A DNA stretch of 64,000 nt from Macrostomum lignano. Its lineage: Eukaryota. Made by a program: the position numbers and the translations under genes. Below the pieces are notes generated by a model. The model did not search any database, was not told the DNA's origin, and was given only the letters and a program-made list of their open reading frames with translations. The stretch's first letter is position 1; each line of letters opens with the position of its first letter. The stretch is from NCBI GenBank assembly GCA_002269645.1, contig NIVC01000556.1, positions 186,001 to 250,000 on the forward strand, written 5' to 3'. Shown one piece after another: positions 41,622 to 55,957 of this stretch.

Positions 41622-44176
41622 CCGCCAGCAGTCTGATGGTAAGCAGTGCTTACCACGCTGACACTCCAATCCAAGCCTAAACTTTCGCGAGTGAGGAAAG
41701 TCTCTATAAGTCTATGGCTGGCCACAGGCCGTTCTGGTCGGCTATGGTAAGCAGAGCTTGCCATACCAGGGTAGAATTGAAGTTAGGAAAATCAGATTGA
41801 GCAGCTCTTCAAAACTGTCTGTCTGTCTGTCTGTCTATTCAGCCATTAGGGGTCATGGACAAATATTTATTCAAAAAGGAACTAGCTTTACTTTTATCCT
41901 TCCAAATAAAAAATTTGTCATTTGCCTTTTATACCGCAGTTGGTTGAAATCTGCTACAGATTATTCACGGTCTGGAAACAACTCGACTGAAGAAAAAATC
42001 AAACGAAAAATATTTTAACAAAGTAAAACAAAAGTAAGCAGATCGTACAGATCGTACATTTAGATGCAAAAGTACTCCAAAACGCAAAAAATAACATTGT
42101 GATATGTGTTAGACAACTTTAAACTTTAAATAAACATAATAACTCAGTAAACTTACAAACTACATTAAAATAATACTGACTTGCATTATATTTTGACTAA
42201 GTTCCATTATATTTTGACTAAGTTCGAGTAAACAGTTGCCTTCAAATAGATTCATTAAGGCAGACTTAGTCCAAATCGCAGTCGAAGATCAGGCATGCCA
42301 CTGCTGAAAGCAGGCTTCCAAGCAGAGCCCCGGTTCCCCTGGACACTCAGGGCAGCAGTAGATCGTGCGTTTGCTGCTTCCAGCTCTGTAGCAGACACGA
42401 CAGCGCTTTGTTGGTCTTGGCTGACTGTCCCGCGCCACAATCTTCGTTGGAAAGTGCGGACTGACTGGGCCACCTGGAGCGGCCTGGATGCCAGCGGCCG
42501 GGCGCTTCCTGCTCGTTCCGGTACGCTCCACCAGCTCCCGAATGCTGGCCTCAAGAAACTTGGCGAACGTCTTCTCTCCACCGCACCGGCTGTACACAAT
42601 CCAAGCGTTGCGAATCATTTGAAGAAAAAGATGCAAGCCGAGCTTCAAAAACCACTTTGTAGTTTTCCTCCCTGGCAGATGAGGCTGTAGATGACTGTCC
42701 ATTCTGTCAACACCACCCATGCACCGATTGTAGGTGAGAACTGACCTGCTCTTCTGCACCACTGTTTCTGCTCCTCCACGAACCACGCGTCTGGTTTGAA
42801 CCCTCTCAGCCGCCTCTTTCGTGTTCAGCAAATACAGAGTCTTCAGGCCACTCTCCTTTCGTTCAACGATCTTGACAGCCAGCACCCCGTCTTTGCGCAT
42901 GAAGGCGACGTCGTTAGGTGGAACGTGCAGCTGTCTAAGCTCAATCGGCACACCTCGGTCGGCCCGGACGGTACAAGTCAGGTGCGTTCCTTGAGTCAGC
43001 AGGTACTCTGACAGCCGATAGGAACCGAACCATTTATCGACAAAGATGCGGTAGCCTTGGTGCAACAAGTTGTAGCAGAGCTCAACAACAATCTTCTCGC
43101 TGAAGGACAGATTGTCTCCCTGCAACTGTTCATCGAACCGGCGGTTCTCCTCTGGGGTCGAGTGAACGCGGAAGTTGTACAGGTAGCCTGATTTGGCCTC
43201 ACATGCACAATATAGCTTTATTCCGTACTTAGCCCGCTTCGTTGGAATATATTGCTTAAAGCGCAGGCGACCTTTGTACAGCACCAAAGACTCATCCACG
43301 CTCACATCCTCCTCGGGCCTGTACACATTAATACAAGCCTCTTTCAAAGCCTGCAGCAACGGACGGATCTTAAAGAGAGGATCGTTGACAATCGGATCCT
43401 CAGCGCAATCGTAGAAACGGAGCAGACCAAGTAGCTGCTTGAAGCGGTCCCTAGAGAGAGCTTGAGGTGCTTGAAAGTACGGCGTACTGTAGTAACTGTC
43501 TGTGCTCCAGTACTCGTTCATTTCGGCCTTTTTATTGGAACCCATGTAAAGGCACATTCCTAACACTTTCTTTACTTCATTCGCACTGCAATCTCTCCAT
43601 TGCGCAAAACTCCGAGGCAGGTCGTCGACATTGACAGAGTGGATCGCCGCCCAGGCTCTTCGATTAGTCCATTTTGCCAGTTCTTCGAAAAGGCTATTGG
43701 ACAAAAAAAGACCGAGAAAAAAGGACGTTGCCTGCTCAACATCACCAGGTACGCAAATTCCTGGATTCAGTCCAGGTGTCCCTAGAAACTCGTGCACATT
43801 CGCTTGCACGTCATGCCCAGCAACTACAGAATGCCAAGACAGCTCTTCCGTCTCTTCGGCAGTGCTGTGGCCGTCCGACTCACCATAATCGTCCTCTGAC
43901 ATGATGTCTTCTTCTTCATCGGACGTCATTAAGTCCGAATCGGAAAAACTTTCAAATTCTTCCATGAGTGCAGCCATAATCTTCAGCTGTAAAACTTTCT
44001 ATGTTAGTTTATGGAGACTTAGTTTTGGGCCTTATTCATAGTCAATGTCTTTTTATCAGACTGGAATGACCACAGACTTAGCAAACCATTCTGCTGAAAG
44101 GAATAGTCTATGGTAAGCGCTGCTTACCATCCGACCGGAACGGAGATGAATAAAATCCTCTTCAGTTCGGAAGAGG
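41622..44176 (-). mobile_element. Full-length piggyBac transposon, 2555 bp
   Basis: TTAA TSDs at 41618-41621 and 44177-44180. The joined flanks match the uninterrupted SINE at about 50625-50680 (reverse strand). Subterminal GATGGTAAGCAGYGCTTACCA at both ends; terminal repeats only weakly similar. Confidence 0.93.
42289..43977 (-). CDS. piggyBac transposase (PGBD4-like), 562 aa, uninterrupted
   Basis: Acidic N-terminus; catalytic-triad motifs VDESLVLYKGR, FVDKWF, GGVDRMD; C-terminal Cys-rich domain CRVC..CPEC..LC..CF..WH. Confidence 0.96.
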   Translation of the reverse strand: MAALMEEFESFSDSDLMTSDEEEDIMSEDDYGESDGHSTAEETEELSWHSVVAGHDVQANVHEFLGTPGLNPGICVPGDVEQATSFFLGLFLSNSLFEELAKWTNRRAWAAIHSVNVDDLPRSFAQWRDCSANEVKKVLGMCLYMGSNKKAEMNEYWSTDSYYSTPYFQAPQALSRDRFKQLLGLLRFYDCAEDPIVNDPLFKIRPLLQALKEACINVYRPEEDVSVDESLVLYKGRLRFKQYIPTKRAKYGIKLYCACEAKSGYLYNFRVHSTPEENRRFDEQLQGDNLSFSEKIVVELCYNLLHQGYRIFVDKWFGSYRLSEYLLTQGTHLTCTVRADRGVPIELRQLHVPPNDVAFMRKDGVLAVKIVERKESGLKTLYLLNTKEAAERVQTRRVVRGGAETVVQKSRSVLTYNRCMGGVDRMDSHLQPHLPGRKTTKWFLKLGLHLFLQMIRNAWIVYSRCGGEKTFAKFLEASIRELVERTGTSRKRPAAGIQAAPGGPVSPHFPTKIVARDSQPRPTKRCRVCYRAGSSKRTIYCCPECPGEPGLCLEACFQQWHA

Positions 44177-44777
44177 TTAAAGTGCACCAGGGTGCACACA
44201 ACCCCCCTACCTATAATAAAAAATGTCAAAGAGAAAAATCCTGCTGTCCACTGCGAACATAGTCCAGAAACGTTTGCAACACCCCTTGTAATTATTCCCT
44301 ATCTATATTGCTGTCAAACTCTCTGGCCAACAAATCATTTCATTCTAATGAAGAACCCAAAGCCACTGTGTTGGAATATTTTTGCTAGGATGTTAGAATT
44401 TTTAGACAAGAATTGAGTAGCTTGTTGAGTGTTGTCAGATTATTTGAGGCTAATGGAGATTATTTAAGGTACTGAGTGCTCTGACTTTGTTGCACCTTGT
44501 ATTTTTCATTATGCTAAAATACTTTGATCTTGGAAAGATGATTCTTATTAATAATTGATCATTGTTGAATTTGTTGCATATAGGCATATATTTTCAGAAT
44601 GTTGAAAATGTGTACTAAATTTAATAAAATCTTGAATATGACATTAAAACTTTAGATATGAATAGTAAATATGAAATGAAACATTACTATCAGATCAAGT
44701 GGACTATTCCACATTGCAACCATCTTTCATGTTTAACTTTGATTTCTAATATTGAGTGTCGCAGCCTCTCTGTCTAG

Positions 44778-47739
<2,962 letters not shown>

Positions 47740-50609
47740 ACAGCAAAATTTTGTCACGGTTACCACGGATACTAAAATAACTAGATAAGCCAGTCGCAAA
47801 AAATGCACTCGTCTACTTTTTTTCATTAGCAAGATTAGCGTTTTTTAGTCCTAAAATATTTAATGTTTTTTTAAGGTACAAGAATCAGCTGGCTTTCTAT
47901 TTTAGAAGCAGATCTCTCTCCTTACTGCTCTCTCATTGGCTGAGCTAGAGCTAGATTGGGCCTGTCCCCCATAGGCTGGGTTTCGTCTGTCTGACGTTCA
48001 GTTGTTTATTTTCAACCTAATATGCTCCTGTCGCCACATGGGAAAGAAAATTTGAGCTACCAAATTAAATTTTAGTTACACTGCAGACAAACTACTGAAA
48101 TAAAGTAGACGCTCCACTTTTTACCATTTTTTACGAGTGACATATCTAGTTTTTCCAGTATCTACGATTATTGCTAACAACTGCAGACATTGACTCATTC
48201 TTTTTTGATCATCATGAAATCTATAGACTACTTAGTAAGTCTTTGTAATTCAAGTAGTTCTGTCAAAATATTAAAACTAAAATAAACTTTATTAAAATGC
48301 TAAAAATGCTGTAAATTTATCTTTTAGACACTTGACAATTAACAAGTGTTTGTTTAAACGCATACAGAATCTCACAGTAATAGTATGCTTAACGTATTGG
48401 TAAATAATAATGATATGCTGTTTGTAATGATTTTAGGAGGTTATAAATTAGTAGTTTGTTATTATCCGCAGGTCGCAGCTCCATTTCTAGTTATATAATT
48501 TGTTTTATTTGTTAATTTGATGCTTGTTTAGTTGTTATAATTTTTGCACAGAAAAATACACAACCAAGAGACAGAACAATGTTATATCTGTTATATAAAT
48601 AAGTTGTTGATGCCTAATTATCACAAATGTGTCTTAAATGTGTACAAATATGAATAATAATATTGTTTATTTAGCAGCACATGTTTTCAAACTATTATTA
48701 GTTATATAAGTAGTACTTTCTTTTATTTGTAAATTGCTACTTTTAACATTTTACACACTATTATTTATTTCCACATTATGCTACTGTTATTAGTACCGAA
48801 AGGCCTTATCCGTCTATTTGTGCTTTAGCCTATGGTATATCCTAATTTTCTATAACAATTTATCGCGCTGCTAAATCAATGCCAATTAAATCTGTGTGCA
48901 TATCAGTTCTTTTGCGCGTCATTTTGATAGTTATGGTTTTTTATGTTCAATTAATTTTATTGCATGTGTTTGTGTGCCTTCTTGAGCCATTGTACATCAG
49001 TTGTTTACTTTGTGGATTGCGGGATCAACGCAAATAGTGGAAATTAATATATTACTTACCTAATATTGATTGTCAATAGCTAATGGATCAGATAAATTTA
49101 TATTTAGGGATTAGTTATTGCCAATAAAAATTTCAATTCTTAAGGTTTCGTTTGCCTATGTTACGGTTAGTAGTCACTGCAGCAAAAATGTATAATAATA
49201 ACAATTGATTTCCTCTCTGCCTTAATCTTTGTTGCTCATAATTTTTTCAGTTGCTGTCAAAACTGAAATTTCAGCTTTGTTGACTCGTCAGTGTGTTTGC
49301 TGTTAAATAAAAAAGTAATTATCTTTACTGCTGACGTAAACGCACTACTACTTAATGTACTACTACTATTATTATTATTTATATTGTTTTTTGGCGCTAC
49401 ACCTTCTGTTCTACTTGCGCGTACATATGACACATGCACATTTTGTATTTTATATATATTATATATTCATATATACAAAAAAACCAGTTTGTTTGACATT
49501 TTACGGTACAAACTATGACGACGCTTATATATTAATATACATATACACGTTTAATATTATGTGTAGTAGACGTATTAAACATTGCTAAGATTGCAATTTG
49601 CCTCTTGGTTACTTATTTTTCGTCACAGGTTTTTTGGGCAAATAGATAATGAGATTAGCTGAAATTCTGAAAACTTCGAATCTTATTGACGCAGACCGAA
49701 ATTCATGAAAACACCTGTGCAATCCTTGGGCTCTGGCGCTGAAAGGGTTCAGCCACCAGGCCTCGTCCCCTAGACTTTGTGTGCGCCTCTGGTTGGTGCG
49801 GTAGCTGACGTCGTGGTCAAGATCCAATTATCTAGACAGCGAGCCCGGGTTGTCTGAAGCTACTCGCCAGAGAACAACAATACGTGCATGTAAATCTACT
49901 AATGTTCAAACGGATCTTCCACATGTAGCTGTGTTCAATGAATGCTGTTTATAGAGCTAGCGTATCATTAACTTTAGCTTTGACTAGGCTTAACAAGAAA
50001 GCCAAATGTGGTTTGCATTTTTACTCATGTAAAAGCCTTGCTAGCCTTGCATATATACGATCATGAATAAACAGCCTGGAGTGTTTTTAGGCAGTCATTT
50101 TGCTGGCAGTCAAATTGCGGCAGTCAATTGTCGTAGATCCAATGAGCTTAAGTTGACAGGCCATTTGCATTTAAGAAACAGACTGAGAAGGAAGACATAT
50201 TAGTTTGTCCTTGTGTTAATAATTTGTTTTGATAGTTTGAAATTTTTTCTGGATCTAAGGAATTAAATTATATCATTTTGTTATAATTTCAGGCGGGATT
50301 CACTACGAGTAGCAAAAATTAGAATGCGAGATTAGATTCCTGGATCTCATTTTTAAGGTCTTCTGTAACAATGTAAGCGATCTTTTGTGTGCACTAGTAA
50401 TACATGCCGTGTAGTCTCTCCGATCTATTTGACTAACAAAATTTACTGGAATCGGTTAAAAGCATGAATTTAACTGCTTCCGTATGTTTTGTTAACCACT
50501 GTTTGTTGTTGGACAGAAGAGAAAGGTTGGAGTTTCGCTGATGCATGTTTTACGAGCTAAATTGACTTTTGCTCCTGGCTCTGATGCTCTCTGCATGTTC
50601 TTCATTGGA

Positions 50610-50795
50610 GGCAGGGCCAGGGCCTGTGTGCACCTTGGCGCGCTTTAAGCAGCATTGTCACACAACCGGCGAGAGGCATTGCTGCCCATTCCGCCGACAG
50701 CGGCTCTAACTTTATTTATCGTTAGGCATGTACACTTCACTGTGCCTTGGGGGTTGGCCCTCAAAGGCGTTAATTGCACGAGCAGAGCCAAAGCC
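50610..50795 (-). mobile_element. SINE family B copy (3' part; contains the empty TTAA site)
   Basis: Reverse complement matches 41400-41621 and then 44177-44200. Confidence 0.8.
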
Positions 50796-51830
50796 CCTGT
50801 CTCTTGGTTGGCGCCCAGTTGTATCTTGGTTGGCGCCCCCTGTCTCTTGGTTTGCGCCCCCCGTCTCTTGGTTTGGCGCCCCCCTGTCTCTTGGTGGGCG
50901 CCCCTGTCTCTTGGTGGGCGCCCCTGTCTCTTGGTTTGCGCCCCCCGTCTCTTGGTTTGGCGCCCCCCTGTCTCTTGGTTGGCGCCCCCTGTCTCTTGGT
51001 TTGCGCCCCCCGTCTCTTGGTTTGGCGCCCCCCTGTCTCTTGGTTTGCGCCCCCCGTCTCTTGGTTTTGCGCCCCCCTGTCTCTTGGTGGGCGCCCCTGT
51101 CTCTTGGTGGGCGCCCCTGTCTCTTGGTTTGCGCCCCCCGTCTCTTGGTTTGGCGCCCCCCGTCTCTTGGTGGGCGCCCCTGTCTCTTGGTGGGCGCCCC
51201 TGTCTCTTGGTTTGCGCCCCCCGTCTCTTGGTTTGGCGCCCCCCTGTCTCTTGGTTGGCGCCCCCTGTCTCTTGGTTTGCGCCCCCCGTCTCTTGGTTTG
51301 GCGCCCCCCTGTCTCTTGGTTTGCGCCCCCCGTCTCTTGGTTTTGCGCCCCCCTGTCTCTTGGTGGGCGCCCCTGTCTCTTGGTGGGCGCCCCTGTCTCT
51401 TGGTGGGCGCCCCCCGTCTCTTGGTTTGGCGCCCCCCGTCTCTTGGTTTGGCGCCCCCCTGTCTCTTGGTGGGCGCCCCTGTCTCTTGGTTTGCGCCCCC
51501 CGTCTCTTGGTTTGGCGCCCCCCGTCTCTTGGTTTGGCGCCCCCCTGTCTCTTGGTTTGCGCCCTCCGTCTCTTGGTTTGGCGCCCCCCTGTCTCTTGGT
51601 GGGCGCCCCTGTCTCTTGGTGGGCGCCCCCCGTCTCTTGGTTTGGCGCCCCCCTGTCTCTTGGTGGGCGCCCCTGTCTCTTGGTTTGCGCCCCCCGTCTC
51701 TTGGTTTGGCGCCCCCCTGTCTCTTGGTTTGCGCCCTCCGTCTCTTGGTTTGGCGCCCCCCTGTCTCTTGGTGGGCGCCCCTGTCTCTTGGTGGGCGCCC
51801 CTGTCTCTTGGTGGTCGCCCCTGTCTCTTA
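50795..51830. repeat. GC-rich 21-24-bp array (GCGCCCCCCTGTCTCTTGGTTTG / GGTGG)
   Basis: About 45 units with variable C-run; source of the four ~400-aa spurious ORFs. Confidence 0.95.
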
Positions 51831-52107
51831 GGCTGCGTCATGGTTGCCAGAGGTTTCTCCTGACATTCGTCGAAGCCATGCATGCAGTTTCTATCTGTTT
51901 ACATGCTTTTATTTCATTTGGCAAATAATGCAACACCCTGCAATATTAAACGCAGCTAAAGTAGCCTATTGGAGAAGAGAACATTCGCCAATCAGAAAAA
52001 GCATGCCTACAGGTATTAAGTCATTAATCCCACTATATATAGAAACGTCTACGCCGATAAACGAGAGAGCGCTCAGCTTTAAATCCCTACCAATTGCTGG
52101 TATAGTA

Positions 52108-53272
52108 ATGCAGCTTCTAACACTACTCACCTGCGTGGTATCAATAGTTGCCATCTCGGCCACCAACTGCCCACCCAAGAAGGCTTTCGTTGTTGCCCAC
52201 CGTGCCAGCGGACAGGGCCCGGCGGAGTTCGCCAAGCACGAACTGGTCGCTACCCGACCCCAATGCTCACTGATGTGCGCTCGCATACTCGACTGCTATG
52301 GCTTCTATTGGAGTCCGAATGCGTGCCATCTGTTCAACGTCACCGCATTCTTTAGGCGGGTTCTGTGGCAATCAGTCTTTCCACCGAGCGATGTGTACAC
52401 GCGAAAACTGCGTGAGTATACATGTATACCGAGCATTGCGTGATTGTAATGGATTGAACACAGTCCGGTTGAAGTTGATTCTCCTTCCAGGAAGGGGGTT
52501 GTAGCCTAGTGGTCAGAGCGTCGGACTCACGACTTGAATTGGTCGGGGTTCGATTCCCGATCCCACTGATACAATTTGCGTCCCTAAGTAAGACGTTTAA
52601 CTCTGAACTGCTTCAGTTCACCCAGCTGTAAAATGGGTGCCAGCATTGGCTGGGGTAATTGAGGCTGTGTGGCGACTCCCCAGTCCTTGGACTGAACAGC
52701 CGTACGCAGCAATGCGCCGCGCAATACATGTATATATAACCGACAGCGGCTGAGCTGTCGGTTGCAAATCTGCTGACCGGTTGCATAATATTATCATTAA
52801 TTAATCTTTTATATTAACGGACAAATATGCTGCTGAGTGTAAGACATTGCGTAAATTTTCAGCGACATTACCCTTGAGAGCTTCAACATGTAGGCAGAGT
52901 TCTACAAGGAGGAGGCAAAGAGGCGATTGCTTACGAGCCATTGATGGCAATACAAACCAGAATTACTTTAAAAAATCCTGCTCCCACACAAGAGAAAGCA
53001 ATAGCGAATGGTGGGAAGCTGAGCTGCCCAGAGCAGCTCTCGTCTCCACCGTCACCATCTACAACAGGCAGGACTGCTGCGCTGACCGACTCAACAGGTT
53101 CACACTGCAGGTGGACGGCATCGAGTGCAACAATGTGAAACTATCGACTTCGTTCTCAGTGTCCAACTTCACCTGCGCTGGCTATGGCAGCAGAGTTCGA
53201 GTTTCTATTTTTCATGCTAAATTACCAGTCACCATTTGCGAATTTATGGCCTATGGATTTTATTTTCCGTAA
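52108..53272 (+). CDS. Secreted PAN/apple-like + F-type (fucolectin/FTP) lectin, 237 aa, 2 exons
   Basis: Exons 52108-52411 and 52863-53272 (phase 1, GT-AG). Signal-peptide-like MQLLTLLTCVVSIVAISA; PAN-like CSLMC..DCYGF....CHLF; FTP motifs RAIDGNT, SCSHT, WWEAEL and H-x26-RQDCCADR. Confidence 0.88.
52494..52745 (+). mobile_element. tRNA-derived CORE-type SINE in the lectin intron
   Basis: A-box TAGCCTAGTGG, B-box GGTTCGATTCCC, then CCCTAAGTAAGACGTTTAACTCT...CTTCAGTTCACCCAGCTGTAAAATGGG resembling the MIR/CORE central domain. Confidence 0.75.
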
Positions 53273-54707
53273 CTATGAAAGGCTTGAAATGTACTTTACA
53301 TTTAGTACGACATGAATTTTATTTTATTATAGTTGACGACATACTCGTCGTTTAATGTCGAAAATTTCTCTGCGATTCTTACACACCTTGAAAATAAATA
53401 ATCTGCTGCTTAAAACTGAACTTAAAGAAATACCCCTGGCCACTTGAATTTCACTTTGCCTTTTCAACATAAAACCACCTATGAACCTGTAGTAATATAG
53501 CGCTTGATGCGATTGCAAATTATCGTAATAGTGATGTACATTGTAATTCCGGGAAGCATGTATTCCGGATTTTTTATGCATGCGTGTTTTGTTAAAATGT
53601 GCAAAAATATATCGCCTCTCGCGTACATTCTGGAAACTTTTTACTCAGCTCTCCCTATATACCCAGAAGAGACATTAATGTTGTAGAAACTTGTACACAT
53701 CCAAAATTTTATAAACAAAGGCACATTAAATTTAACATTACACAATTAGCTATACTCTTTTTACTACTATATATACTGCTGCCGAGCACTTTTTATCCGA
53801 CTTTGCTTACAATTTGCTTAATAGTATAACTCGATGTTCTACGCAAAACGATAAAAATAAATCAACTTCATAAATCAAGTTGAGTATCCTCCTCGCAATT
53901 CTGATTCGATAAAAAACGGTTGAAGGTGTTTTCTTGGATGTCCCTTTCTTTCGTCGATTTTCTTTCAATTTTGCTGCACTAAATCACCGAAGATGTGAAA
54001 GTTTATTTGTCTTCTAATATTAAATATTTTTATTGAGTTTAAGGCATCCTAAACTACGATAATTTACAAAAAAATTGAAAAACTAGCCATAAGAACCTGT
54101 TTTTCGTGTAGTTAGAAGTTTCTACGTGGAAGAAAATGTCGTGAATAGTGTCAGTTAAACAAAATATTAATAAATTCGGCTTTAGTCTTAATGCTAAGTT
54201 TGTATAGATGTTAAATTGTTAAATGTAAATGCAAGTTGTATTTTGATGTTTTAATAAATATGGCTCCAGTTCTAATTTTAAACGCGAACTTGTAAATAAC
54301 ATTCTGAGCTTTCTAAAATGTAAATACGAGCATAAAAATGTTAAAATTCTACAATGCCATATAACAGACATGGGGCGTAATTGACATTCAGACGATACAT
54401 GTATTGAAGATGCCGCATCTGCATATTTTCACACAAGGCAGCACTGCAAAAAAACCACGGCAATTATAATGGATGGGCAAACACCTACATGTAGAATCAG
54501 ACCCATTTATTTTTAAATACTGTAGTACTATAGGAGGACCATGAGCTAGATGTTGTCCAACTTGTCCGTGTGGAGAGGCTGAACAAGCGCGCCTATGATA
54601 TTAACGTGTGTGCATGCAAAATAACTATTTAGTAAGAGTATAAATTCGTTTTATTTTCACCAAGAGATACTCCAAAATTCCTCAATGTTAGTATGTAACT
54701 CTCGACC

Positions 54708-54890
54708 CACAGCGGCCCTAACTTTATTTATCGCTAGGCATGTACACTTCACTGTGTCTCATGGGGGTTGGCCAAGAGCCAAGCCGAGATTGCAATTTAG
54801 CCACAAAAATTAGCGACTGCACTTGGAATCGAGCCTAAGGCCGCTGGCGCCGCGCCGCGCCAGACCACGATCACTAGGCTACGGCCCACT
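54708..54890 (-). mobile_element. SINE family B copy including the tRNA-like head
   Basis: Minus strand GGGCCGTAGCCTAGTGATC...GGCTCGATTCCAAGTGCAGTC...AAGTGTACATGCCTAGCGATAAATAAAGTTAGGGCCGCTG. Confidence 0.78.
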
Positions 54891-55416
54891 AGATTTGCCA
54901 CGTTGAGCGTAAAGTAAAGCTCAAACAAGCCAGACCACGATCACTAGGCTACGGCCCACTAGATTTGCCACGTTGAGCGTAAAGTAAAGCTCAAACAAGC
55001 CAGACCATGATCACTAGGCTACGGCCCACTATATTTGCCACATTGAGCGTAAAGTAAAGCTCAAACAAGCCAGACCATGATCACTAGGCTACGGCCCACT
55101 AGATTTGCCACATTGAGCGTAAAGTAAAGCTCAAACAAGCCAGACCATGATCACTAGGCTACGGCCCACTAGATTTGCCACATTGAGCGTAAAGTAAAGC
55201 TCAAACAAGCCAGACCATGATCACTAGGCTACGGCCCACTAGATTTGCCACATTGAGCGTAAAGTAAAGCTCAAACAAGCCAGACCATGATCACTAGGCT
55301 ACGGCCCACTAGATTTGCCACATTGAGCGTAAAGTAAAGCTCAAACAAGCCAGACCATGATCACTAGGCTACGGCCCACTAGATTTGCCACATTGAGCGT
55401 AAAGTAAAGCTCAAAG
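54860..55416. repeat. 70-bp tandem array, about 8 near-identical copies
   Basis: Unit starts at 54861, 54931, 55001 and so on; internal TTGAGC/GCTCAA hairpin; no spacers. Confidence 0.96.
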
Positions 55417-55957
55417 AAGATTCAAATTTCCAATGACGATTTCTCAAACTATATAGTCACGTTGGGTAAACTAGGAAATGTAAAAACAGGCTTGCTTAAG
55501 TCTTTTGAGCAATGCTGAATAGAGAAAAATCTAGAAAATTATAAGCCTGTAAAAGTCAACACGAGATTTAATAATTTTATTCAGTTAGAAAAACTCGAAG
55601 CATTCATTGCAGTTAATTTTATATAGAATCAGCTAAAACCAATGGCATGATCGCTTGCATTCTGTTCAACTTTGGCACATTTATACAGATTTGTATTATC
55701 ACAGAAATATAAGAATCTGTAGCTAATTAATAATCTAAGTGTAAGTGTAAGCGTAATCTAAACGCATTTGAAGGCTGTATTTTGGAGTGCGTACTTTACT
55801 TGGGTACCCCCTACTAAGCCCAAGTTCTCACTCGCGGGGGGGGGCGCTGACCCCCCCCCCTCCTGACCTTCGGTGGATGGCTTATATTGTCCCCCATTGC
55901 AGTTAGCTCTGTACGATGCCATCCATTTACTAGCCACACAAAAGCCAAGCCTCAGCT

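Noticed and set aside
49609-49870. GC-richer island with a 72-aa minus-strand ORF
   Set aside because: No recognisable motif, no ATG start and no consistent splice partners; possibly a decayed exon or element, but unsupported.
50645-51928. Four overlapping ~400-aa ORFs on both strands
   Set aside because: All come from a stop-free GC-rich array; open frames on both strands indicate repeat, not coding.
52494-52570. Functional tRNA gene
   Set aside because: The acceptor stem does not close, there is no T-run terminator, and it continues into a SINE body.
54860-55416. CRISPR-like look (regular repeats with a hairpin)
   Set aside because: Units are contiguous and near-identical with no unique spacers, there are no cas genes, and the context is eukaryotic.
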